A DNA stretch of 43,641 bases. Origin: Octopus bimaculoides. Lineage: Eukaryota. The position numbers and the translations under genes were made by a program. Positions 1-12,050 of this stretch are shown here, one piece after another. Position 1 is the first letter of the stretch; each line of letters begins with the position of its first letter. A model generated the notes under the pieces. The model was not told the DNA's origin. It worked only from the letters and a program-made list of their open reading frames with translations, and did no database searches. Location: assembly GCF_001194135.2 (NCBI RefSeq), contig NC_068985.1, forward strand, positions 81,761,686 through 81,805,326. The letters run 5' to 3'.

Positions 1-337
1 TAAATGGAGAATTCTACGAGGTATAGTACAATGTATAGTACAATGCAAAATACCAAAAGGAACCTCACCCCTTACATCTCACTTTTCTTCCTCCTTTAAC
101 GCCGATGTGATATAATTTCTTGGGAGAGAAATACTTTTGCGGCTGAAGATAGCTTTGTATTGTCAATTATACACTGATATAAAGCTTGAAACACGTGTAC
201 CGCAGAATCCTTTGTGTTTTTGTTGTTATTTTTTGCATTTACAATTCATTCTTTCACCTCAACCACAAGCTGGCATACACAGGTGCTTACAATTGTCAAG
301 TATTGCCTCTAACATTTACTTTACCTATATATATATA

Positions 338-496
338 CAGGCGTGGTCAAAGGAATTTTTGAAAGGAGAGCACAAGGTCAGAAAAGAATAAAATTCCAGG
401 TGAAAGGGCATAATAACATTAGTTAGAAGGGTACACTTCTTTTCTTGAGATGGAGAGCATGTACCCCTCAGACATCCCCACTCCCTGGGTCTGCTC

Positions 497-499
<3 letters not shown>
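338..499. mobile_element. Possible short MITE-like element
   Basis: Begins CAGGCGTGGTC, ends GGGTCTGCTCCTG and is flanked by (TA)n on both sides. The terminal inverted match is weak (CAGG/CCTG core only). Confidence 0.25.
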
Positions 500-528
<29 letters not shown>

Positions 529-530
<2 letters not shown>

Positions 531-605
531 ACAGGCATTATTCTGCTTTTGTCTACCAAATCCACTCACAAAGCTTTGGTAAGAAGACACTTGCCCACGG
601 TGCTG
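529..605 (-). mobile_element. tRNA-SINE fragment (same family as 4175-4590)
   Basis: GTCTACCAAATCCACTCACAAAGCTTTGGT..AGAAGACACTTGCCC is the reverse complement of the body of the SINE at 4175-4590, with an internal deletion. Confidence 0.7.
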
Positions 606-1559
606 TTATTGGTCAGTTGACTTGCCAAAGGCTGAGGTCTACCTGGTCTAAAGAACAATGCTATCACTGTGCCACAAATACAGTAATATATACTCTGACC
701 ACTACACTACAACTACCTGTACTAGCCTGCCACCAGTACTAAGTTCCCTATTCTAGTTCTATTTCTGATGCTGCTATAACATTAACACTTCTGCTCTTAT
801 ACTAAAACTATTTTTGCTATTTTACCATCACTAATGCTACATGAACACTTGTATCTCAACATCACATCTGCAATCACCATTATCTCATCTCTACCACCAC
901 CACCACCACCACCACCACCACCACCANNNNNNNNNNNNNNNNNNNNNNNNNNNNNNNNNNNNNNNNNNNNNNNNNNNNNNNNNNNNNNNNNNNNNNNNNN
1001 NNNNNNNNNNNNNNNNNNNNNNNNNNNNNNNNNNNNNNNNNNNNNNNNNNNNNNNNNNNNNNNNNNNNNNNNNNNNNNNNNNNNNNNNNNNNNNNNNNNN
1101 NNNNNNNNNNNNNNNNNNNNNNNNNNNNNNNNNNNNNNNNNNNNNNNNNNNNNNNNNNNNNNNNNNNNNNNNNNNNNNNNNNNNNNNNNNNNNNNNNNNN
1201 NNNNNNNNNNNNNNNNNNNNNNNNNNNNNNNNNNNNNNNNNNNNNNNNNNNNNNNNNNNNNNNNNNNNNNNNNNNNNNNNNNNNNNNNNNNNNNNNNNNN
1301 NNNNNNNNNNNNNNNNNNNNNNNNNNNNNNNNNNNNNNNNNNNNNNNNNNNNNNNNNNNNNNNNNNNNNNNNNNNNNNNNNNNNNNNNNNNNNNNNNNNN
1401 NNNNNNNNNNNNNNNNNNNNNNNNNNNNNNNNNNNNNNNNNNNNNNNNNNNNNNNNNNNNNNNNNNNNNNNNNNNNNNNNNNNNNNNNNNNNNNNNNNNN
1501 NNNNNNNNNNNNNNNNNNNNNNNNNNNNNNNNNNNNNNNNNNNNNNNNNNNNNNNNNCC

Positions 1560-2083
1560 ACATTCACTCATTCCCTTTCTTTTCTTCATTTTAATGTTTC
1601 ATTATTCTCTTTTGTTCATTGTTCTTCTTTTCCTTTTTCATTTTCTTTGGGTTTTTTCTCCCCATCCTCTGTTCTTTTTATCTTTCATACTCTTTTCTCT
1701 TCCTTTTCATCTCTCTCTCCCTCTCTCTCTCTCCCTCTCACTCTTTCTCTTTCACCTGTTCTGCCTTTTCTTGCCTTTCATCTTTCAAACTTTCAAGTTT
1801 CTTTCTTATTCTTTCATCTCTTTCTATTTTGTGCTCTCTATCAATCCCCCCTCTCTTTCTCTCTCTCTCCCTCACATTTCCCCCACCTTCAATGTCCCTA
1901 CACACTTTTCATTGTCTTTCAGTCACACTACACCTATCTATCTATCTATCTGTTCGTTTACTTCCCATCTTCTTTATTTTCGTTTCTTTTTATTTCCAAG
2001 TTTCCCTTATATCTTTTGCTTTTACTCTGTTTCTTTCTTCCCCTCTCCCTATTTCTCTCCTTCATATATATATGTATATGTGA

Positions 2084-2140
<57 letters not shown>

Positions 2141-2225
2141 TGTATGTATATAAATATCTATCCAAGTTCTTTCAATCTGTTCATCGGTATTTCTGTATCC
2201 ATCTATCTATCTATCTATCTATCTA

Positions 2226-2283
<58 letters not shown>

Positions 2284-2311
2284 TTATCTATCTATCTAAT
2301 CTATCTATCCG

Positions 2312-2371
<60 letters not shown>

Positions 2372-2425
2372 CCCGACCATCCACACAGCCATCCTACTCT
2401 GATTCTCATCGCCACCCTCTTTCAG

Positions 2426-2512
<87 letters not shown>

Positions 2513-2560
2513 ATCTCTCTCTCTCTCTCTCTCTCTGTCCCTCTTTCCTTCTGTCTTTAC
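1560..2560. repeat. Pyrimidine-rich low complexity with (TA)n, (TCTA)n and (CT)n microsatellites
   Basis: (TA)n at about 2087-2136, (TCTA)n at about 2203-2369 and (CT)n at about 2434-2536 are directly visible. Confidence 0.95.
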
Positions 2561-3544
2561 ATAACTCCCCCCACCCCTCCCACTTTCACACAATCTCTCC
2601 TATAGTAATGTTACTGTATCAGTCCCTGCTAATCAACATATACATTATATGTTCTTTCCTTATAGCTCCCATCGCTGCTGCAATTGCCTCTCCTCTTCCT
2701 TTCCCTGTCCATAAGTCACCACTTCTCTTAGATCACCAAATACTAACTTCATTCACATTCTCCTCCTCCTCCTCTTCCTCCTTTTTCTTCTTCTTCTTCT
2801 TCATCTCCACTCCTTCCTCAGAATTTCCATCCCCTTTTTCCCCACCCTTTTCCTCTTTCCCTTCCTATCTTTCTCATTATCATTCTCCCCCTTTTTCTAC
2901 TGTACTATCACTTTCTACTCCTTTCACTCCCTTTAAACCCCCCACCCCCACCCCCGCGTCTCAGTACATTTCCACATTTCCCTTATTTCCTCTTCTTTCT
3001 CCTCTCTTACTCTCACCGCTCCCTCCCCCTCCCCCNNNNNNNNNNNNNNNNNNNNNNNNNNNNNNNNNNNNNNNNNNNNNNNNNNNNNNNNNNNNNNNNN
3101 NNNNNNNNNNNNNNNNNNNNNNNNNNNNNNNNNNNNNNNNNNNNNNNNNNNNNNNNNNNNNNNNNNNNNNNNNNNNNNCACCACCACCACCACTGCAAAG
3201 CATGCACATCTCCATATCTCCACCACAATCACCTTTCCTGTTCAAGCTGTTTACTCTCACTGCTACCCTCCTCTCACTCCCCCCCTTTCTCAAATCCCAC
3301 CCCTACCCCACCTCTGACCTGCCTGTCCACTCCCCAACCAACCTACCTACCTTTCTGCATGCCTGACCAGTTCCCCTCTCTCTTTCCTATTTACCTGACT
3401 TTGTGCCCACCTCCCTTCAAGCTTCTTATATTCATACCTCTCACCAATCCCCTTACACAGTCACCTCCTTTATCCTATTCTACTACTTTCACTTTCTTTA
3501 TATCCTTACTATGTCCTCCTTCTTAGTTTTGCTATATCACTTAG

Positions 3545-3760
3545 TAGGGCGGTAACTGGCAGAATCAGTAAAGCGAAGGATTAGATGCCTTCTGGTATGT
3601 AGTTATATCGTTTTCATATTTTCTGAGTTCAAATCCCACAGCTGTCATCTTTGCCTTACATACTTTTGGGGAAAATTAAATAAAATACTGACATGTCCTT
3701 GAAGTGATGACCTTAAACTTATCAAAGAGATTATTATTCGTAACATATCCTTCAATAAAG
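3545..3760 (+). mobile_element. Degenerate tRNA-derived SINE (family B)
   Basis: GGTAACTGGCAGAATC head and TTCTGAGTTCAAATCCC B-box-like motif followed by TTTGCCTT..CAT..TTTGGGG. Homologous to 36081-36210. Confidence 0.65.
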
Positions 3761-3769
3761 AAGTAAATA

Positions 3770-3900
3770 GCAGAATTGGTATGGCAACGGGATTGATTGT
3801 TTATTGACGTTTTGCTTGTTCTCTGTACATTCTAAGATCAAAGTGTGGTGAGGTCGAATTTTGCTTTTCATTCTTTCAAGATTTCTAAAGTAGATTTGGT
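3770..3900 (+). mobile_element. Second, more decayed family B SINE copy
   Basis: TAGCAGAATTGGTA..TTCTAAGATCAAAGTGTGGTGAGGTCGAATTTTGCTTTTCATTCTTTC aligns by eye to 3545-3760 and 36081-36210. Confidence 0.5.
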
Positions 3901-4174
3901 TCAATTGTTTCCTTATCCACAAAAATCTGTATGTGTTACCTTATACCTATAATATATACTAGCATGATCTAACAAAATTCCATGTTTTATCAATGTTATT
4001 ACTTCTATTTTTGGTGTGTAACTTCGAAAATCTTCATTAACTTGTTTCATTGCGTTAAATGTTTTGATTATGTCTTCACTATTGTTCCATAGTTAAAGTT
4101 GTTAAAAGCTTAACACTCAAACATACTTCTTGACAAGCAAGAAAATAGTAATATATGTATATATATATATATAG

Positions 4175-4590
4175 TAGGTACATGCATAGCTGTGTGGTAA
4201 GAAGTCTGCTTCCCAACTACATGGTTCCAGGTTCAGTATCATTGTATGGCATTGTTGGATCAGTGCCTTCTACTATAACCTTAGGCTGACCAAAGCCTTG
4301 TGAGTGAAATCAGTAGACAGAAGCTGAAAATCTGTCATATATATGTGTGTGTGTGTGTGTATACGTGTGTGTTTGTGTGTGTCTGTGTGTGTTTGTGTTT
4401 GGCATCCATCACTGCTTCACAACTGTTGTTGGTATGTGTACTTCCCCATACCTTAGCGCTTCAGCAAAAGAGACTGATATAGAATAAATATTAGCGTCAA
4501 TTTGTCCAAAAAAAAAAGTCCTTCAAAGAAGTGCCCCAGGATGGCTTTGGTTTAATGAGTGAAACAAGTGAATGACAAAAGATGAAAGAT
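4175..4590 (+). mobile_element. Near full-length tRNA-derived SINE (family A)
   Basis: A-box-like TAGCTGTGTGG, B-box-like GGTTCAGT, body TTCTACTATAACC..GACCAAAGCCTTGTGAGTG, internal (TG)n and 3' tail GTGCCCCAG..TGAAACAAGT. Other copies at 6786-7205, 16543-16798, 4918-5046 and 529-605. Confidence 0.85.
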
Positions 4591-4891
4591 ATATGTATAC
4601 ATACCATCTTGATAAAAAGGAAAATCACACGTTTGTCAGTACAGGTAGTGATACTCATGGCTGGAAGGCCTTTGATTATTGACTTATTTAATCAAACTTA
4701 AGGCTTAAATAAGGGGGCTATTAACAAAAACAAAGAAAACCCCCAATTATCTTCACAACATACTTCTTCACTAATCATTTGTGATATCAAATACTTATTT
4801 GCTTCACCAACTCCCCTCTCTCTCTCTCTCCCTCTCTGACTCTCTCTAACTCTCTCACTCTCATTCACTCTCTCCCCTCTCACGATCTGGC

Positions 4892-5208
4892 ACACACACA
4901 AACACACACACATACATGTGTGGTTGTCTGCTTAAGAGGTTTGCTTTCAAAACACATGGTCTTAGGTTCAGTAACACTGTATGGTACCTTGGACAAGTAT
5001 CTTTGAAGATAGTCCTCAGCTGATTGAAGCATTGTTAATGGATTCATATGCATACACACACAAACACACACACATACATGTGTGGTTGTCTGCTTAAGAG
5101 GTTTGCTTTCAAAACACATGGTCTTAGGTTCAGTAACACTGTATGGTACCTTGGACAAGTATCTTTGAAGATAGTCCTCAGCTGATTGAAGCATTGTTAA
5201 TGGATTCA
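4892..5208 (+). repeat. Exact 155-bp tandem duplication (period 162) of a family A SINE 5' part, ending at an N-gap
   Basis: 4892-5046 is identical to 5054-5208, and the gap starts at 5209. Confidence 0.9.
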
Positions 5209-5598
5209 NNNNNNNNNNNNNNNNNNNNNNNNNNNNNNNNNNNNNNNNNNNNNNNNNNNNNNNNNNNNNATTGTATTTAAAAAAAAAATTTACAATGTTG
5301 AAGTATATTAAACATTAAAAACAATATTTAGCAAAGTTCTAAATACTTAACTCAATTGTCAGTCAATACATTTTGAAATCTGATGATTACTACGAACGTA
5401 TGAAAGCGATTGAGTTTTATGAACAAAACTAAATATATTTTTATGTTTAATACCCTTCAACACTGTAAAAAGTTTTAAAAATACAATAATAAAAAACGTG
5501 AAAATCAGACCATGTTGTAACTTTATTCAACTGATATATTATTCTATACACATTTACACAAATTCGGAAATACATACATATATATTATCTCTCTCTCT

Positions 5599-5637
<39 letters not shown>

Positions 5638-6124
5638 AACAGAGACAGACAGGTAGACAGACAGAGTAAGAGAGCCATCTATGTGTCATATTTAATGTAT
5701 ATACATTGTTGATAGGCAAGTTACTATGATATTCGTCTGAGGTAACATCTCTTTAGAACGTGGTGTGTTAAAAATACAATATGTATTTAAGGAAACCAAA
5801 ATTTCCCCACCAAACCAGCAGGTAACGTGAGCGCCAGAGGCATTTCAAATAGTTAGGACTTATCAAAGACCTTTAATCACAGCCAGCCACATTCCTAGTC
5901 AATGCTGGATCGAATTTTTATCTATCCCAGATATGTATTGGTTTTAAATAAAGCACGAATGTAAGAGATACTACCTTGGACAAATATCGCAGTAACTTGC
6001 CTATCAACGATGCTACGTGTGTGTGTGTGTGTGTATGTGTGTATGTGTGTGTGTATTGACATCACATAAGAATAAAAAATAACTGTCACTGTTATACAAG
6101 CGGTATCATTCATTTGCAATATCC

Positions 6125-6300
6125 TACAAAAACATGTCTGAGATGGAAAAATATCACCTTGCTTCGCAACGGATGTGGGTTGGTGACAGGAAGGACATCT
6201 AACTGTAGAAAATCTGCCTCAATAAACTCCGTCCAATCTATTTAACACGGAAAAGTGAACGTTAACAATGAGGATAATAACAACGACGACGACGATGATG
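6125..6300 (+). mobile_element. SINE/LINE 3'-tail fragment
   Basis: GGTTGGTGACAGGAAGGACATC..GTAGAAAATCTGCCTCA..GGAAAAGTGAACGTTAA followed by a degenerate (GAT/GAC)n tail, typical of RTE-related 3' ends. Assigned from recall. Confidence 0.45.
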
Positions 6301-6409
6301 ACCACAAAGATGTATGTATATACATATGTGTGTGTGTGTGTGTGTGCGTGTGTGTGTGTGTGTGCGTTTATGTGACCGCGTGCGTATCGTTGGCGATTTT
6401 ATTTCTCCA

Positions 6410-6780
6410 CCTTCCCTTCTTTGGACCTTTTCTATATTTCTGATGAAGAGCTCCACTCGAAACGTGAAATCCTCTTTCTTTTCTTTCCTTTCCTGAGCGT
6501 CCAATAACACAGTACTTGTTCCACGTCCTCGCGTTGTTGTTTTTTCTTGCTTCTTCATGTCTGGATAGACTATATATATATATATATATAATACAAATGA
6601 TATATGAGCATATGCATGTATACATACATATATGTACATACCTACATCTACATGTATATGTAGATGCATATCCGGGTACAGGACGTCAAAACGGGAACAG
6701 GAACGTAAACAAATCACAAAAAAACGGACTTTCTTTAACGGACAACAGAATGAACACATAATATGTATAATATGTATATA
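6410..6780 (+). mobile_element. Hammerhead-bearing, probably Penelope-derived repeat (copy 1)
   Basis: Two blocks separated by (TA)n. Both blocks are homologous, in inverted orientation, to 7700-8089. Contains CTGATGAAGAG-CTCCA-CTCGAAACGT. Confidence 0.6.
6436..6470 (+). ncRNA. Minimal type I hammerhead ribozyme-like motif (probably inactive)
   Basis: CTGATGA 6440-6446, extra A, stem II GAG/CTC, GAAA 6459-6462, palindromic ACGT as stem III and a 4-bp stem I ATTT/AAAT. The cleavage-site base is G (6466), which violates the NUH rule. Confidence 0.55.
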
Positions 6781-6785
6781 TATAT

Positions 6786-7205
6786 CTTTCATCTTTTACT
6801 TGTTTCAGTCATCAGACAGCAGTCATGCTGGGGCACAGCCTTGAAAAATTTTTATCGGGAGAGCCGACTCCAGTGCTTATATTTTTTTAAAGCCGAGTAC
6901 TTATTCTATTGGTCTCTTTTGCCAGACCGCTAAGTTACGGGGACGTAACCACACCAAAACTGGTTATCAAGCAGTGGTGAAGGACAAACACAGATACAAA
7001 GACACACACACGCACACGCACACGCAAACACACACACACACACACTCACACACACATATATATGACGGGTTTCTTACAGTTTCCGACTACCAAACTCATT
7101 AACAAGGCTTTGGTCAGCCCGAGGCTATAGTAGAAGACACTTGCCCAAGGTGCCATGCAGTAGAACTGAATCCGGAACCATGTAGTTGGGAGGTAAGCTT
7201 CTTAT
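6786..7205 (-). mobile_element. Full-length family A tRNA-SINE
   Basis: Reverse complement of the 4175-4590 architecture: tail 6786-7000, (CA)n, then body and head 7065-7205 including CCTTGGGCAAGTGTCTTCTACTATAGCC on the minus strand. Confidence 0.9.
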
Positions 7206-7699
7206 AAACAAAAGTTACTTATATATTAAGTTAAATTGTCACTTTGATGATAGATAAGGTGGACAAAATCACCCACACGAATCTAGCCACTTCTCAGTCA
7301 TTTAGACTGGATAATTCCAATAACTATTATACCACAGCAAACACACAAATATGCACCAGTGATATTAGAAGCATTGACTGGATTAGTTAGAAAGTAAACT
7401 TAATTAGATTGGCTTGTAGCACTGAGAAATTTATAAAGCAGGTGATGCACCCTACATTTTTCAACCCAACATTTACATACTATTATTTATAGCTTCATGT
7501 GATGTGCCTTGAAGGCCAGTATTTCCATATATATCTCGTCTGGCCGTAAAGCCTTTTCTGTTTGTTTTCCTGTCTTGTTTTTTGTCCGCCACTACATTCC
7601 TCCATGGCAAGATTTAATTTGCGTATACAAATTTAATCTGCGGATGAGCCGTTTAAACGATGCGTCCTGCCCAAGCTCTTCGAAACGCCGGTGTTAAAA

Positions 7700-8089
7700 C
7701 GTGGGTAGCTGATGAAGTAGAATGTTCTCTATGTGGCTTGTGTGTTTTCTCGTCTACGTTTTGTTTGCAATGTCCTGTACCAAGATATGCACCTATACAT
7801 ACAGGTGGATGTCGGTATGCACATACCTGTACGTATATATGCATATACTCATTTACTATTTGTTTTTATATATATATATATATATATGGGAGAATTTACG
7901 GAAAAAACAACAACAAACGAGGACAGGTGTGTGTGTGTGTACAGTTCAAATTTCTAGGAAAACAAAAACGAAGACAGATGTAGGAACAACAAGCGAGTGT
8001 ATTAGTTTGACGCTCGGGAAAAATGGAGAAGTTTTTTACGTTTCGAGCCTACGCTCTCCGACAGAAAGATATGAGGAAATAAATAGAGA
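7700..8089 (-). mobile_element. Hammerhead-bearing, probably Penelope-derived repeat (copy 2)
   Basis: Minus strand CATACCGACATCCACCTGTATGTATAGGTGCATATCTTGGTACAGGAC matches plus strand CATACCTACATCTACATGTATATGTAGATGCATATCCGGGTACAGGAC at about 6637-6684. The hammerhead-like block lies at 8034-8067. Confidence 0.6.
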
Positions 8090-9282
8090 NNNNNNNNNNN
8101 NNNNNNNNNNNNNNNNNNNNNNNNNNNNNNNNNNNNNNNNNNNNNNNNNNNNNNNNNNNNNNNNNNNNNNNNNNNNNNNNNNNNNNNNNNNNNNNNNNNN
8201 NNNNNNNNNNNNNNNNNNNNNNNNNNNNNNNNNNNNNNNNNNNNNNNNNNNNNNNNNNNNNNNNNNNNNNNNNNNNNNNNNNNNNNNNNNNNNNNNNNNN
8301 NNNNNNNNNNNNNNNATATATATATATATATATACTCACATAGAAAGCATATATACGTAGATCCAATATAATGAACATAAACAATAACACGTGAAAAACA
8401 AAGTTTGATAAATAATATATTAGCTTTGCAGTTTAATAGATAGAGAAAGTGTCCAAACATTTAGGCTGTTAGTCCTTCGTGAGAAGAAAGAGATATGCAT
8501 AAAGAATGTGGATGAAGTGTCAGAGTGTACCTATGACTAGAACGCAAGCATAAGAAGGAGTGGTGAATTTGCGTGTATGTTAGTGTAGTGTATGTATTCG
8601 TATAGAGGTATGCAAGTGTAGAGACACAGTGATGTTCATTAATGGGGTGAGTTGAGCATGTGTGTGCGTAATCTTTGGGTGAGTGGTGTGAAAATATGCA
8701 TATCAGGAAATACGAGTGAGTGTGAAGGAATAAAAATATTGAAGCACATGGGGTGTCAAGGGGAAAGTGGAAGGTGTTGTTGAAGTGCATTGCGTGTATA
8801 TAGGAAAAGTACGTAGGGATGTGAAAATGATAGAAAATGTATGAATCCTTTCAAGAAAAGAAAACTGGCGTACAGGTGGATGTGTGTGCGTGTATATGCG
8901 TGTATAACTGAAGAGTGGAGGGTGTATGTAGGAGTGTTTCAGTGCAAATGCATGTGTGTGAGTACCTGTGTATGTAAAAAGTAGGTAGATATGTATGTAC
9001 TCATACCAGCGAACGTATGTATGTAGAAGATGTGTTAAGAGTGTTGAGGGGTTGCGGAGGTGAGATGGTATTGTGTAAGGTGGAGGAGGATGTGAGTAGG
9101 TCTGCAGGTAGGTCTGCAGGGAAGATGAAACAAGCGTGTAATTCTGGGAAAAATAGAGGAGAGTCAGAAAGAGCGAGGTCGTGTATTTACATACATACGT
9201 ACATGTGCACACATATGCACACTCATGCACACACACTGACACATATATAAACATATTCATGTCTATATACATACATAAATAC

Positions 9283-9319
<37 letters not shown>

Positions 9320-9516
9320 ATAATAATATAGATTTAATCAAAAGATTAAATGTGGTACTAAAAATGCTTGAGGCACCAAAATTTGGTAGGATAAAAACCC
9401 AAAACAAAATCAAGATGGAGCTTGTACGAAACGTACGTACGCACTGCTATAATCTATTGAATTTTTGTTGCTTAACTTCAAATTATATTACTAATTCATT
9501 ACTAATTACCAACCTC

Positions 9517-9551
<35 letters not shown>

Positions 9552-10509
9552 NNNNNNNNNNNNNNNNNNNNNNNNNNNNNNNNNNNNNNNNNNNNNNNNN
9601 NNNNNNNNNNNNNNNNNNNNNNNNNNNNNNNNNNNNNNNNNNNNNNNNNNNNNNNNNNNNNNNNNNNNNNNNNNNNNNNNNNNNNNNNNNNNNNNNNNNN
9701 NNNNNNNNNNNNNNNNNNNNNNNNNNNNNNNNNNNNNNNNNNNNNNNNNNNNNNNNNNNNNNNNNNNNNNNNNNNNNNNNNNNNNNNNNNNNNNNNNNNN
9801 NNNNNNNNNNNNNNNNNNNNNNNNNNNNNNNNNNNNNNNNNNNNNNNNNNNNNNNNNNNNNNNNNNNNNNNNNNNNNNNNNNNNNNNNNNNNNNNNNNNN
9901 NNNNNNNNNNNNNNNNNNNNNNNNNNNNNNNNNNNNNNNNNNNNNNNNNNNNNNNNNNNNNNNNNNNNNNNNNNNNNNNNNNNNNNNNNNNNNNNNNNNN
10001 NNNNNNNNNNNNNNNNNNNNNNNNNNNNNNNNNNNNNNNNNNNNNNNNNNNNNNNNNNNNNNNNNNNNNNNNNNNNNNNNNNNNNNNNNNNNNNNNNNNN
10101 NNNNNNNNNNNNNNNNNNNNNNNNNNNNNNNNNNNNNNNNNNNNNNNNNNNNNNNNNNNNNNNNNNNNNNNNNNNNNNNNNNNNNNNNNNNNNNNNNNNN
10201 NNNNNNNNNNNNNNNNNNNNNNNNNNNNNNNNNNNNNNNNNNNNNNNNNNNNNNNNNNNNNNNNNNNNNNNNNNNNNNNNNNNNNNNNNNNNNNNNNNNN
10301 NNNNNNNNNNNNNNNNNNNNNNNNNNNNNNNNNNNNNNNNNNNNNNNNNNNNNNNNNNNNNNNNNNNNNNNNNNNNNNNNNNNNNNNNNNNNNNNNNNNN
10401 NNNNNNNNNNNNNNNNNNNNNNNNNNNNNNNNNNNNNNNNNNNNNNNNNNNNNNNNNNNNNNNNNNNNNNNNNNNNNNNNNNNNNNNNNNNNNNNNNNNN
10501 NNNNNNNNN

Positions 10510-10545
<36 letters not shown>

Positions 10546-10859
10546 CACACACTCATATATTATATTATATATTATATCATATTGTATTATGTTATATTAA
10601 ATAATTGCTTTATCGAATGGGATGACATATTAGTTAAACATTGCTTGGAACGCTATGTAAATTCATGTATGCCTAACTTTCATCCAAGTATTAAAAAAAT
10701 TCTCAGACTCTCATTTGGTATCATACACATTTGAATAAATTAAAGCGTACATCCGAGGGCAGTATAAAACAGGAGATTCGGCTAGACACTTTAATATATA
10801 GCATTATAACTTACATAGTCTTTATAGGTGTTTCAGTAGTGTGTATTAGAATGTCAAAA

Positions 10860-11081
10860 GTAATCGTTACGTAGACGATTATATAACCGACTTAAAATAC
10901 CAGATCTGCAGAAGAAAATTGTAATTTAATTCATTACTAATTACCAACCTCAGTTGGTTTGAGGATAAAATGAGAACTGCGTATCAACTGAGATTGGTAA
11001 TTAACAATGGACCGGCTTACTATGTTTTTCTGAAGATCTGGTGTTGTAAGGTATTTATGTAATAGTCTGCGTAACGACTAC
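10860..11081. mobile_element. Fold-back (palindromic) MITE-like element
   Basis: Outer arms 10860-10918 and 11025-11081 and inner arms 10930-10956 and 10985-11011 are imperfect reverse complements, with a loop of about 28 nt. Confidence 0.7.
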
Positions 11082-11487
11082 CACATAGCATATTAATATA
11101 CGCTTAATGAAAGATGTGTAAAGATTATGTAATTTAAAATTCTAGAATAAAGATGTTCAGTAAATTTGTTTTATTCTCCTCCCGTATATATTGTATCATA
11201 TATACGTACATATATATATACATATGTATATATNNNNNNNNNNNNNNNNNNNNNNNNNNNNNNNNNNNNNNNNNNNNNNNNNNNNNNNNNNNNNNNNNNN
11301 NNNNNNNNNNNNNNNNNNNNNNNNNNNNNNNNNNNNNNNNNNNNNNNNNNNNNNNNNNNNNNNNNNNNNNNNNNNNNNNNNNNNNNNNNNNNNNNNNNNN
11401 NNNNNNNNNNNNNNNNNNNNNNNNNNNNNNNNNNNNNNNNNNNNNNNNNNNNNNNNNNNNNNNNNNNNNNNNNNNNNNNNNNNNNNN

Positions 11488-11523
<36 letters not shown>

Positions 11524-11724
11524 AATTATTAAATAAAGATGTATTATTACCGTTATTAATAATATTAATAAGGTAATAATAAGGTGGCCAGCAAGTTCAC
11601 ACAATTACAGGCACAATATTAGACAAATTTAGATTTAGAAAGGTATATAATACCAGTTGCTAAAATCAGAGCCAAGGCTCTCTGTGTATTGTGTGTATGT
11701 GTGTGCGTGCGTGCGTGGTTGTGA

Positions 11725-11930
11725 GAAGGTGCATGGCGTATTGGTTAGGTTGATTCAGCGCGTAGTTCATTTCACATTGTTCCAGTTCACTCAACTGTAA
11801 ATGGGTATCCATGCGACAGACGGACTTTCCGATACCAGGGGGAATGTTGGTTTGCTTGCCAGCAGGGTGGCATCACTTGAGAGCTAAAACGATGCAAACC
11901 CATTGTGACCAGCGATAGTCAGAGCGATCA
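11725..11930 (+). mobile_element. SINE fragment with conserved central domain (family C)
   Basis: TTCACATTGTTCCAGTTCACTCAACTGTAAATGGGTA resembles conserved SINE central domains, and the 3' part ends CATTGTGACCAGCGAT. Family not determined. Confidence 0.5.
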
Positions 11931-11956
11931 CGTCATCACGTGATATATATATATAT

Positions 11957-12050
11957 ATACATACAAACAAACATACATACAAACATACATACAACCATAC
12001 ATACATACATACATACATACATACATACATACATACATACATACATACAT
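11957..12050 (-). repeat. (ATGT)n microsatellite forming the 3' tail of the RTE LINE
   Basis: The (TACA)n array on the plus strand abuts the RTE 3' UTR at 12051. Confidence 0.8.

Noticed and set aside
5876-5887. ATCACAGCCAGC, a 12-nt match to mature miR-2
   Set aside because: There is no hairpin, the rest of the mature sequence differs, and a 12-mer hit to some conserved miRNA is plausible by chance in a window this size.
7709-7732. CTGATGAAG motif
   Set aside because: It is not followed by a stem II plus GAAA in the required order.
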